A stretch of 63,560 bases of DNA, filler included, from Platydemus manokwari (Eukaryota): assembly GCA_037951405.1 (NCBI GenBank). It is 5 parts of 5 records of this genome, joined end to end, with 100 filler letters (N's around TTAATTAATTAA, not from the genome) between each part and the next. Parts side by side here need not be neighbours in the genome. Positions count along the whole stretch, not along the records: positions 44,267 to 63,560 come from JBBMOY011944715.1; 4 more parts are not named here. One strand, given 5' to 3'. The stretch's first letter is position 1, and each line of letters starts with the position of its first letter. Under the pieces are notes generated by a model. That model had not been told where the DNA came from. It worked only from the letters and a program-made list of their open reading frames with translations, and ran no database searches. The translations under genes were made by a program, and so were the position numbers. Of this stretch, positions 52,427 through 63,560 are shown piece by piece.

Positions 52427-55400
52427 TATGATTTTGCTCAAGATATTCTTTCGGCAATGTTTTCCTTGATTTTCTTACTCCAATAACTCATAGAACGGTT
52501 TCCGTTTTAGGGGTTTTATCATTAGAATTCCACTTTTTTCGATATTTTGTAATAATAATATAAATTTTATACCAATATTTCATTTTACATTTGATCAGAT
52601 ATTGTTGTAAACATTTTCTCCCAATCTTCCATTTAGTATGAGACTTAATTATTATTTGATTATTTCGAATATTGATTTTATTATTATTCGATATGCATTG
52701 TATTACTGTTTCATTAAATATACTACAGATTTATTCTGTTGATTTTGATATTCTACTCATTATTGTCAATAGCATATTTTTATCAAGTCAAATCTTGAAG
52801 CCATTTCAGTCAAGTCGTATCACATTTAGAAGTTTAAAAATTTTAAACCACCAAATTGTTATTTACAGCCATTTTAATTTATTATGAATTTTTATACTCT
52901 AATATTTTAGAAGAAACATTTAAATATAAATTTATTAATAAATGTGCTAACAGCTTTCCACGAATTATGATTAACGATTGTTTTATCGGACAGTCTTCGA
53001 TTAAATATCTTGTCTTTCAATCTTCCACAATAAAATAAAATTAAGTTTTCGATTTATTTATTATATTAATAATAAATAATTTTAATTAAAATAATGATAA
53101 TAGTAAAAAGGCAGTAATAAAAAAATATAATTAAATTATTATTATTATTATTAAAACAAAAATAATAATGGTAGTTTCAAAACAAATGAAAAAGGAAATA
53201 TAAAATCAATTATATTTCTAAAATCATTCAACACGGTAAGAAAAAGCTGGCGTTAGAATAATTTGTTCGATTAGTCGGCTCTTTGTCGGCTCACAAATCG
53301 AATGTGGAAAGTTTTTTCTTTCAGAAATAATATTTTCCGATCGAGCGTTTATAACACATTCAATGTCTCCCGACGCGGTAATCTTTTTTGTGAAAATGTT
53401 TTCGTAAAACTGTGGAAACGGTGATGATGATGTAATACATCCATTACAATTCTCATTTCTTGGAAAACAGCAATAAGATAATTATAATTTTTCAATTTTT
53501 TTGAAAATTTTTACCGCAGTTTTTTTCCAAAAATAAAAATTAATTTTCTTCACAGTTTTCAATTTTTTCAAAATCGATATTAAAATACATTTAACTGACA
53601 AATAATTGCCCACTTATTCTATTTTCATTCTCCATTCTCTATGGATTCCTTCTCATTCCATAAAACGTTTGTATTTCTTCTGATCTCCGACAATGGTTTT
53701 CCTGTGTTTGTTTTGTTCATCGTTTTGTATTTGTCTATCATATATGGATTTTGTCTCATTCTAGACAAATTGAATTTAGCGATGTTTTGTTGACAAATTG
53801 CTTATTATTAATCTTTTGTGAGCTGTTTTGTCAGCTTTTATTATTTCCAACTTTCACAGAATTTATAAAGGAAATTCACTTACACAGTTTCCTATAATGT
53901 TATGGTTTATTTATCTGAACTTATTGACTGTCATATTTTATGCTTATTTTTGATTGTGCGTGTTTCTATTTTTAAAGCACATCAATTATCACCATAACGA
54001 TGATGACAAAAATGATGATACAATCTATTTATTATGGTAAACATCATTATTGTTTTCTCGTGTATTCTTTTTTGTGTATTCATAGCAGATGTCACATCTG
54101 ATATTGATGATTGTTTTTGATAGAATTGATTACGATAAATATCTATCAGTAAGCCGCATGTTGTGTTTGACATCGGATCGATAAACGATTATGATTCATA
54201 CTAATCTATAATCATCAACATATCAAGTATTTTTTTAATGAAAAATTTGTACGTTATTTATGAATGAATCTTGTGATACGATTTTTAAAGCTCGTGTGCT
54301 CATTGTATGCCGTATAATTTAATCATTAATAATACTATTGTTCTTTTAATATTAACACTTTAATAATAATAATAATTATTATTATTATTTTCATTTTAAA
54401 TTTCGAGATGACGTCATTCAATAACATAAACTAAGAAAATTAATGTTGAACTGACCTTATTTTTAAACCAATAAATTAAATCGAGACCAATGATGGGGAA
54501 ATATTCAACATGATTATAAAATGCTGAAAATGTATCCATTGAAATGTTCGAAAAATAATCGGATCACTAATTTAACAGTTAACCTGCAATAAATCAAAGG
54601 AATTATCGACGAGAATTGTTACTTTGTATCCCATTGATTCATATGGGTTATTCAACTCAGTTAATTAGCGGTGTATTCCATTTAATTGAAAGCATCTTTC
54701 ATCAATACTGTTTGTCAGGAAACGTTCAGATTCTTATGATAAATTAAATTTATCAATTTGCAATATCTCTCCTTTTTTCCGTGTACATTTCTGTCCAAAT
54801 CGTTGAATAATTTTATCATTTCGTTATTCTGTAAATTGATTGAAAATTCTTTTCGAACAATTCATATTTTTCTATAATGAATCCATTGATGATGAAAATT
54901 TGTCCTCATGTGATGGATTGATTTGCCCTATACAGTGGAGGTGTCACAGAAACAAGAGACTGTATCAAGAAATGTTTGGTAAAATTATGATTGATGATTT
55001 CAAATGCCAAGTTTGATATTTATTGTCGCAGCTGCTTATCTGTCACAATCACCTTGTCCATCTAGTGGACTGATTCCTTCAAAAATATTTGACAAGCAAA
55101 ATTTTTTTTATCGGATTCTACATTTCGAATCCCATTGGAATATAATGTGATTCAGCAATCCATATTTAATTGACAAGTTCTGAAATAAAATTCCTCTCGA
55201 ATTATAATTGGTTTTGATATATGTATAACATGGTAAATAAGTTGCAGTTTTGATTCTCTTCCTAATTCAAAAGACCACTTAACCTGTTATTCCAGCATGT
55301 TTTATGTTCCAATGTTGTGAGAGGGTTTCCAACTAATAATATCTATGTAGATATAAGCAAATCAATCAGACCAAAGATACCAGAAACATTCCATTGATAA

Positions 55401-56070
55401 ATCAATGGGATTCAATCGACAAGCACTCAAGAAGTGTCATATTTGGGATGTTTATATTTATTTCGATTATTTGTTAGAAAAATATAATAATAACCATCAT
55501 TCAAATATTAGAAAAAAATAGATTATAAAATAACATCAAATCGATTCGGACGACATACATCAAGGAAGCTCTAAATGGAAATGGAATCGTAAAAGTTTTT
55601 CCATAATTTTCTTTTTTTTTTAATATTTTATTGAAACGGCTTTGTTTTTTCTTAAGTTTTACGAAAGAGATCCATGTTTGATGTTGTTTTGGAGACTTTT
55701 TCTTGTGTGAATCAGCATATTTTTGTAGATTTTCGAACAGTTATAGTTAAGCGTAATTGATAGATTTGCATATCATTGTCCTTGTTATCCTTAACTCATG
55801 ATTTACTTGTGTCATAGATTAATTTTTTGTGGAAATGCTAGGAGGCTGATAACAATCTCTCTCGAAAAGAACATATTTTGAAGTTCAGTAAAGAGCCTTA
55901 GGACTCAATAATAATTTAATATAAATAATATATTATTAGACATAGCTTCGAAACTATTTAACATTATGTTTATAATATTGACAACCCAAGCAATCCGTTT
56001 GTAAAATATCAGAAAACATCAAAGGGATTTTTATTTTTTTTGCTTAAAATGTATAGATTATTGCGATTAA

Positions 56071-56267
56071 NNNNNNNNNNNNNNNNNNNNNNNNNNNNNN
56101 NNNNNNNNNNNNNNNNNNNNNNNNNNNNNNNNNNNNNNNNNNNNNNNNNNNNNNNNNNNNNNNNNNNNNNNNNNNNNNNNNNNNNNNNNNNNNNNNNNNN
56201 NNNNNNNNNNNNNNNNNNNNNNNNNNNNNNNNNNNNNNNNNNNNNNNNNNNNNNNNNNNNNNNNNNN
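56071..56267. other. Assembly gap (plain N run)
   Basis: N run without the TTAATTAATTAA linker. Confidence 0.95.
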
Positions 56268-57479
56268 TTCTAGTCAAATCAAATTTACGGAATTTTTTAT
56301 TTAATAAATCCATAAAATGCAACAAAATTTTTATAACTTAACCTTTAGTCAGTTAACTTATAATTCTCATGCTTTTGTGTCATAGATCTCGAAGTGGGAC
56401 TTCATCTTTGATAAAAAATATTCTCAAATTATTGCCATCTGTATGATTCTAATAAGTAATATTTCAGGATTTCATAAATCAAACTTCAAAATCCGCAAAA
56501 CCACATCTCAATATCGGAGCTTACATAATGAAAAATAAATTTTTCTATTACGAAAATATCTTTGTCACCAAAAGTTTCTCTTACATAATTATCACGAAAT
56601 TAGAGAAGCGATGGAAATATCCTTAAGATAAGATTTAAGCAATAATCTTTCATGTAGCAAATTTATGTTGCTCCATAAAATCTTCAATCCAATTCTTCAT
56701 AGGTAAATTCGCTCTTTAATTTGATTGTCTCTTGAATGTCGTTTCGAAATTGAAAATTAAAAATTTCTAACCGATCAAATAACTTACAAAATATTTGCTT
56801 GACATTCATGTTGGGCTTAACAAATATAATCACACATTACACAATGAGATAAAATAACAAAGCTGATTTGAACAATACGAAATAATAGATCAAGGAGAAT
56901 AGAATTAAAATAATTTTTACAATATTTGGTCGAAAAAATAAAGTACACGACACGTCACAATCGTCTGTTTTCAATGTTTTAAGAGATTGTTTCGATTTAG
57001 AAAATTATGTGATTGTGTATAATTCCACAGCATTCAAGAAAGTCGTTGTTGTAAATTAGAGTCTGAAAAATCAAAAATTAAACGGCAGAGATAAAAACTG
57101 AATAGTTAAATTTTCAAAATAATTACGAAAATTGATTCAGTAAGCGGCTTGAGCATTAAAAGATCTATCAATTATTTCTTTATTTCGATTTTCAGTGGCA
57201 ACTTATTTGGCCAGATAAAATGTGGTAGTCAAACATTACAGAAATTTACTAAGATTATAATTTTGACCTCAAGTTTTTGATTTTGAGTCGCTCACTCATG
57301 CTTCTTAGGAATAAACATTTATGTCATTTAATTGTCATCTTGTAAGCTTAAAAGAAAGTAAAGGAAAAATTAAGGAATGAATTGATATAAAAATATAATC
57401 AATAATTAATCAAAACATAAATTAATAAATTTCAAGGTTAAGTAAATGATCAGATTATTATAATCAATGAATTTGCTGA

Positions 57480-57935
57480 ACTGATTGGATTGGCTAGTAT
57501 TTGTTCGGTTATATCAAAAGGGCGTGATGTTTGCACTCTATATTTGCTAGAAAATCTGGTACTACATTGCACTCTCGCCCAAATAAAACAAAAATAACGG
57601 CTTCCTTTTACCGGGTTCGAATGACAAAAGACTATCTTTCCATCGTCAAATATACCCGAAGTTTGCTTGTGGTATCGTGTGTGACGTTTTGATTTGATAT
57701 TTTATTTCCTCAATTTTAAATGGGTCTATCTATTTTCCATGATCGGTATTGGTCAATCAGTGTGTATGCGTTGTTGTGCAGCCACGTTCTTTGCCGGATT
57801 GAAATATTTAATTCAAATCATATCTGATTAGCTGGCTACTCTGCTTGTATCGTGGTGTAGTATATGTGCCAGACGTCTTAACAAAGGTTTCAAGTGTAAA
57901 ATGGCGTTTAGAGTTATATTCGCCTCTCCTCGGTA
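57480..57935 (-). mobile_element. Gypsy-like gag relic
   Basis: KYFNPAKNV followed by G..IDPF resembles the YFxPxKNV...Q..GE.ID.F gag consensus. Heavily disrupted. Confidence 0.35.
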
Positions 57936-58189
57936 TATTTAAAAAAATAAATAACTAACAAATTACTGATCATGTAAACTAGGATTATTTAATTTCATTG
58001 TGGATAAAGTAATGGATTAGTTATCATTATATCCTTATAAAATATTATATTATCATTATATTATCAGCATATCCTTGTAAAAGCTCAAATATATGAATAA
58101 GTTACATCGGGAACGAGTTGCCGAAACAATTACAAACCCAATAATATCGTTGCCTCATTATGAGATAGGCACTGAATCATCATTACAAT

Positions 58190-58503
58190 TTGGCGAAATT
58201 CAGACCTAGAGCCGTTCAGTCTTAATCGCTCGGATGGTAGCTTCATTTCAATGACCTATCGATTAAGCACATTTACCGGTTATCCTAATCTGTGATTCCT
58301 CTCGTACTGATTAGAATTATCATCGCAATTATAACATACATATGGTACGGAAAAACTAACCTGTCTCACGACTGCCTAAACCCATCTTATTCTCCCTATA
58401 AGTGGGTGAACAATTCAACACTTTGTGAATTCTGCTTCACAATGATAGGAAAAGCCGACATCAGAGGATCAAAAAGCAACTTCGCTCTAAGTGCTTGGCT
58501 GCT

Positions 58504-58547
<44 letters not shown>

Positions 58548-58765
58548 TCAAACTCTGAATGGAAAATCAAAAGGATCGATCGGCCGCGCTTTCACTATCT
58601 GTATTCATACTGATAATCAGAATCAAGCCAGCTTTTCTCTTTTGAATCTACACCAGGTTTCTGTCCTGGTTGAGATCACTTTGGGACACCTGCATTATCA
58701 TTTGACAGAATATCCACCCAGTCAAACTCTCCACATGACACTACCCTCAGAACAGCTCGAGTGCA
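58190..58765 (-). rRNA. Orphan, mutated 28S rRNA gene fragment (3' part, including the peptidyl-transferase region and sarcin-ricin loop); probable pseudogene
   Basis: The plus strand reads as antisense LSU: CCTCTCGTACTGA, AAAACTAACCTGTCTCACGAC, TTCTGCTTCACAATGATAGGAA, ACAAGCCAGTTATCCCTGTGGTAACTTTTCTGACACCTC and CCAGTCAAACTC. It is flanked by non-rDNA sequence. Confidence 0.95.
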
Positions 58766-59439
58766 TCCGAAGATCGTTTCGTTTTCTACACAACAAATTG
58801 ATCGAAGCCAAGTTTCATTTGTAATTTGATTATGTAAAAATAAGAACATAATTAATATAATTATTTTTATTGCCATACCTACTAATATATATCAGAACCT
58901 CTCATTAATGCGTGTATGCTGCAACGGTATATTGGTCATTTATATGCTGGAATGTCAACAAAATAAAATAATGAAGTAATTAAAGAAGTGAACATGTTTT
59001 TATTAAAAAAAATCTAATTTAAAAATCCACCTGTCAAAATTGTATTTAACAATACACATAAATGGTGGAACACAAATAACAATATTATCAATTTATGGAT
59101 TCATAAAAAGTGATTTTGCATTGGTGAAATGGATGATTTTGTTGCTTCGAAAATTGTAGAATATTATATGAGATTTAGTTTCGATATTTTCAGTATGATC
59201 GGGATAATATAGTTTCATTTTAATTGAATAATAATGATGATTAAATTCATGATCCAATGGAATCCTTCTTTAATTATTGAGATGCCAAAATCTCGGTATA
59301 AATAAAATATAAATAATTCAACCAGAGATTGAATTGATATAGTTTTTATGGATCACTCTTTTTGTAATGAATAAGCAATATCCATAAAATGAGTGACTCG
59401 CATTGATATAACTATATACATTTATAATGCAACTTTGCC

Positions 59440-60315
59440 TAAAGTTTATAAAAAAGGTCCTAAAATAAAATTTCAAATTTGTGAAGTGTATTGTAAAAAT
59501 TTATATGGTTTATTTCATTAAATTTTTTAAAAACGTTTTGAATTTTTTATTTATGTGGACTTGAGAAAAACTGTAGTTGTTTATAATCATATATTAAATA
59601 TACAGGATTTTTAAAATATACTAAACATTTATTATTTGAAAAACGGGTTAAAGTGGGTCAAGATAATTGAAATTTTTAATTGATTGAAAATTAGCGTGGA
59701 CCCCTTTTTAACGTTTGAAACAAATGAAATGATATCTAAGATTTTTAGAGATGTTTTATAAATAAGTGATTTGGAGATCATTGAAAAATGCCAGGGACTA
59801 GGTCCAAAACCTGTCGATGGTGTAATGAAATGAAAATTTCTTCAAAATCGAATAAATATGATAGATAGAGATACCACAAATAAATAAGAAGTTTCTGAAT
59901 TCGAATAAGAACTTGTCTCAAGAAGTCAGCCTTTTCCCTTTCGATATTCTAAACAAGGTATTTCTAGTGCACATGACTCACAAAAAGTTTATTAGCAAAA
60001 TGACCTTTATAAGCAAACCAAAAGTGACAATTTTTATTAAAATGAAACTAATAATTTAAAATTATTTAGTTCAAAATTTGTAGATGCTACACCCATGAAG
60101 AAATAGGTTACCATAGGCCTAAATATCGTCATGGAAATTGATGAGGCCTATTTTGGACGTGCCAAATATAATACCAGAGTTTGAAGAGATGATAAAAAAG
60201 AAATGCTTCTTATTTCTAGTCCACAACCGAAATTTTATATTTAAAATGATACCTTTATTTAATTGTAGATTTGTGAAACCAAAATCGATAATATATACAG
60301 ATTGTTAGAATAGCT
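59440..60315 (+). mobile_element. Decayed Merlin/IS1595-like transposon, 5' part
   Basis: IG/LNIVMEIDEAYFGRAKYN (~60115-60175; cf. IGG.G.IVEIDESKFG.RKYN) and FVKPKSIIYTDC (~60270-60305). 59445-59650 is homologous to 32980-33180. Confidence 0.8.
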
Positions 60316-62306
60316 TTTTACTTTTTAATCTAAAATTGAATTTTATGTGGAAATTTTATTAAAATATGATTTATAAATTTTATTAAATCACAAAGAATCT
60401 TCACATTTAAATTGGATTAAAAGACTCTTTTTCTTAACTTTAACTTGCAACTTTTATTTTTGGCAAACCTACATTATACAAACCTTTATTCAGATCAATT
60501 AAATTTCTTTATTGAATCTAAATTAAATAAACTAAGTTCAGATACACTTTTTTTCGAAGATAGAAGCCAAAATATAATTAATATTATTCAAAACTATATT
60601 TATATTCATAGTCTTTCATATGAAACCTTAAAAGTCTAGTATCTATTTAATTTTTTCATTACTTATTTAAAGTATTGTTTTAAGTTCATATTTTATATAT
60701 AAAAAACTAACTTGACCAAAATAATAAAAACAGTATTATAAAGATGTTTGTTTATATATTGTTATAATTAATGTTGATAATTTAAATGTGATTTATGGAG
60801 TATAACATGACATCCCTGGAACATGAAATTATCGAAAAAATTAACATTGAGCTAACATTTTAATTATAATTATCACAAAAATTTCGTAACGATTGCTATT
60901 GTGAAATCGGCTTTATTAATTAAATTATTTGTCTTTTGAATAATAATGAGTCGTGATTAAATTTTTCTTACCACGTTAGCTATTTCAAAAACTGAACAGC
61001 ATTATATCAGAAATAGTTAATGTTATTTATAATTTTAAATTTAATTAAAGTACTAATTTGTAGTTAAAATTTTGTAATGAACTTTAATTTTAATTTTTTT
61101 CAACATCAAATAAATAATCAAATTAAATGGAAATGGGATTTGAAATAATTTATCCTTGTCTGGGAAGATTGGGGAAAATTCCTGTATTGGTATGGATGAT
61201 ATGATGATAAACTTCCTCAATTATTAATGGGTAGTCTAATGAAATTTTCGGAGAAAAAAATGAAAATTAGCTCTTGAATAATTTACTGTGTGCTGAAACA
61301 AATAATTCATTATTGCGATATACAATTGAAAATAAATATGGAAATATAAATCATATTTTCGAGTTATTTTCCCAGATTTGCCTGACATCAGTTATATTAA
61401 TAAAAGTGGAAAGTCTATATTCGAATATGTTGTTATGGAACAAAAAATTCAATCACAACGGATAATCATAGCCAGTTGTTACCCTATGCTCAATTTTATC
61501 AATGAGAGCATTATATGATGACGAATTAGAGAGGTAGATATAATTAATAACTGGCATACTTGTGAACTACTGATTAGAATTGGCAGGGGTTCAAACAACA
61601 ATCGCTCATGACTCTTACAAAGTTATTGTTGTTCAATTTCATTAAGCGATATTTATTGTGCAATGATATAAGAACGATTCATCAGAGTTCTCGCTAATTG
61701 AACTCATCCATTTTCATTACTATCACGGATTTTTATTTTAAAAAGCAAATTATAAAATTGAATGACGGGTTGGATACACCTGGTTTGATATATTAAATCT
61801 AACCGAAGATTAATAAATTCTAATAAATAGTGTGATATTAAAATTGTTTGTCGTCATGTTAAATAAAGAATAACTTTACTATCATTAGTTTGTGAGTAAT
61901 TTCTTCAAAGCCTTAAATTCATATACCGCTGTTGGGATTCTTGTTATTTCTCACCGTAGATGAAAGGTTAGTCCTCGTTTAATATCAGCTATAGGTATAT
62001 GGAATACGGGTGCATATTTTCGTAGTAAGGTATTTTATTTTTTCTATATAATTCTTTTCTTAAAAGTAAGCTCTAAATTTTTCTCTTGAAATTAAACAAG
62101 TTGTCCTCTTGTTTCTACTCACATTGACTTTTATTTTCTCAGCTTTTATTTTGGGATTTAAAATATTTTGATAACATTGCTGCTTTAAATTAAGCGTATT
62201 GGGATTTATTTTTATTGGTTAATTTTTTAGAGGTTAATAGAAATGTGTTGACTTTGGAATTTTCTATCATCAAAGCCATTAAGCAAGAAACTCTTACCAT
62301 TATGGC

Positions 62307-62535
62307 TGTGAGATATTTTATATGAATTATATTTTAAATTCAGATTTAATTCAAAACAATTTTTATTTCACATTTTATTCAAATTTGAATCAGATGTAAT
62401 TCTAATTTTATAAAACATCATATTAATATAAAATTAGATTTTTTTGTTTAAATATTTGTAATTAATTTGATTTGTTGTGTCTTGACTTTTCAGTTCGTTT
62501 TTAATGTATGGTTTTTAAAATAGTAGCGGTTAATA
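62307..62535 (+). mobile_element. Solo LTR-like repeat of the TGTGAG...GCGGCTAACA family
   Basis: TGTGAGATATTTTATATGAATT...TGTGTCTTGAC...TAATGTATGGTTTTTAAAATAGTAGCGGTTAATA is the reverse-complement homolog of 2266-2475. Confidence 0.65.
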
Positions 62536-63560
62536 TGCGACCAGGTATCTAGATTCGATTCTGAAAAGATCAACGACTTAAAATTATAGAAAAAGGGGAA
62601 GATATTGAGACTTATGTGTAATTTATTTTTATTTTTAACTATCATCTTAAAAGGAGTCTCGAACCAACGGATGGGTGCAGTAAGAAAAACTTAATTCTTC
62701 GGGCAGCACTGTAGAGGTACGACGCGAATCGTTACAATTATAACTTTTTATATAAATAAATATTAACAGTTTTAAAAATGGTTTTCCTAGAATTTTCTCA
62801 TTATCAGCGATTATCTCAATAAACTATTAACCATTTACCGAATTTAGAATTCAAAACTACCAAATTATTCATATTTTCCTATCCCACAATTCGAAAATTT
62901 GAAGTGTTCCTTGAGAACATAAGGAAATTAATTAATTAACTTTATTTCTTTTATTCGTTATGTTTAAGATATAACTGAATTGTCGTGAAAATGGTGTAAT
63001 GAATTGTATAAACACTGGTATTCTGAAAGAATTATTAATAAATATAATAATGCTTTGATCTCTGAAATTAACTAAGATTAGTGTTATTAGATACCGTACT
63101 GGGTTATTTGTTTATGCACTTAAAGTAGTTTGATTCGGATAAACAAATATCGGAATTCATATTTAGATCGATCTAATCTGAGAGTGGAATTATCAACATA
63201 GATAAATTTGCTTGTCGTTTAACTATAGAACTATTATTGATACACTTTTATGACACAATTATTTTTCGAAAAGAGAAATTCATAATTTTGTTTTATCTAT
63301 TTGATAACCTAGGAATCACTCGAGAACCGTGAAGACAATCTCAAATCTCCAATAGAGAATGAAATATTTAAATGAAAATGTTTAATTATCAAGAAAATAT
63401 CGCTAATGTCTTCAGATAGGAATCGTATTTAATGTTCGAGAATCACAGATCTGTTCACGGGGATCACAAATGACTGAAAAATGCGGAATTATTAATCAAT
63501 AATTGTTGTTCTATTTGCATGTATCTTTCTGTTTGAAAAGATATTGATAATGATTTAATA

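Noticed and set aside
56040-56325. ORFs spanning the N gap
   Set aside because: Artefacts of translating Ns.
58292-58876. ORFs overlapping the 28S fragment
   Set aside because: Spurious translations of rRNA sequence.

Overview
Very AT-rich eukaryotic (animal) genomic DNA. The 42-61 nt GT-AG introns, ciliary TMEM218, expanded TRAF genes and the transposon set fit a planarian-like flatworm, but this is inference. The window is not continuous: four artificial 100-bp linkers (N44-TTAATTAATTAA-N44) join at least five contigs, and there is one plain gap. Four apparently intact host genes can be spliced by hand: COX7C-like (8057-8272), V-ATPase subunit B (4 exons, minus), a RING/zinc-finger/coiled-coil/MATH TRAF-like gene (4 coding exons), and a 3-exon TMEM218 that the ORF track misses. 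The rest is mostly mobile-element debris: a frameshifted restriction-like-endonuclease (RLE) non-LTR retrotransposon capped by a long inverted repeat, a DD34D mariner, a Buster-type hAT plus a deletion derivative, two Merlin/IS1595-like elements sharing a long terminal sequence, a dispersed short LTR family and Gypsy relics. There is also an orphan, mutated 28S rDNA fragment and several decayed multi-exon host genes (TRAF paralog, cadherin-like, PfkB-like). I found no CRISPR array, no convincing tRNA or ribozyme, and nothing I can call a proven new system. The best leads are the RLE element with its flanks, the Merlin family and the TRAF duplication.
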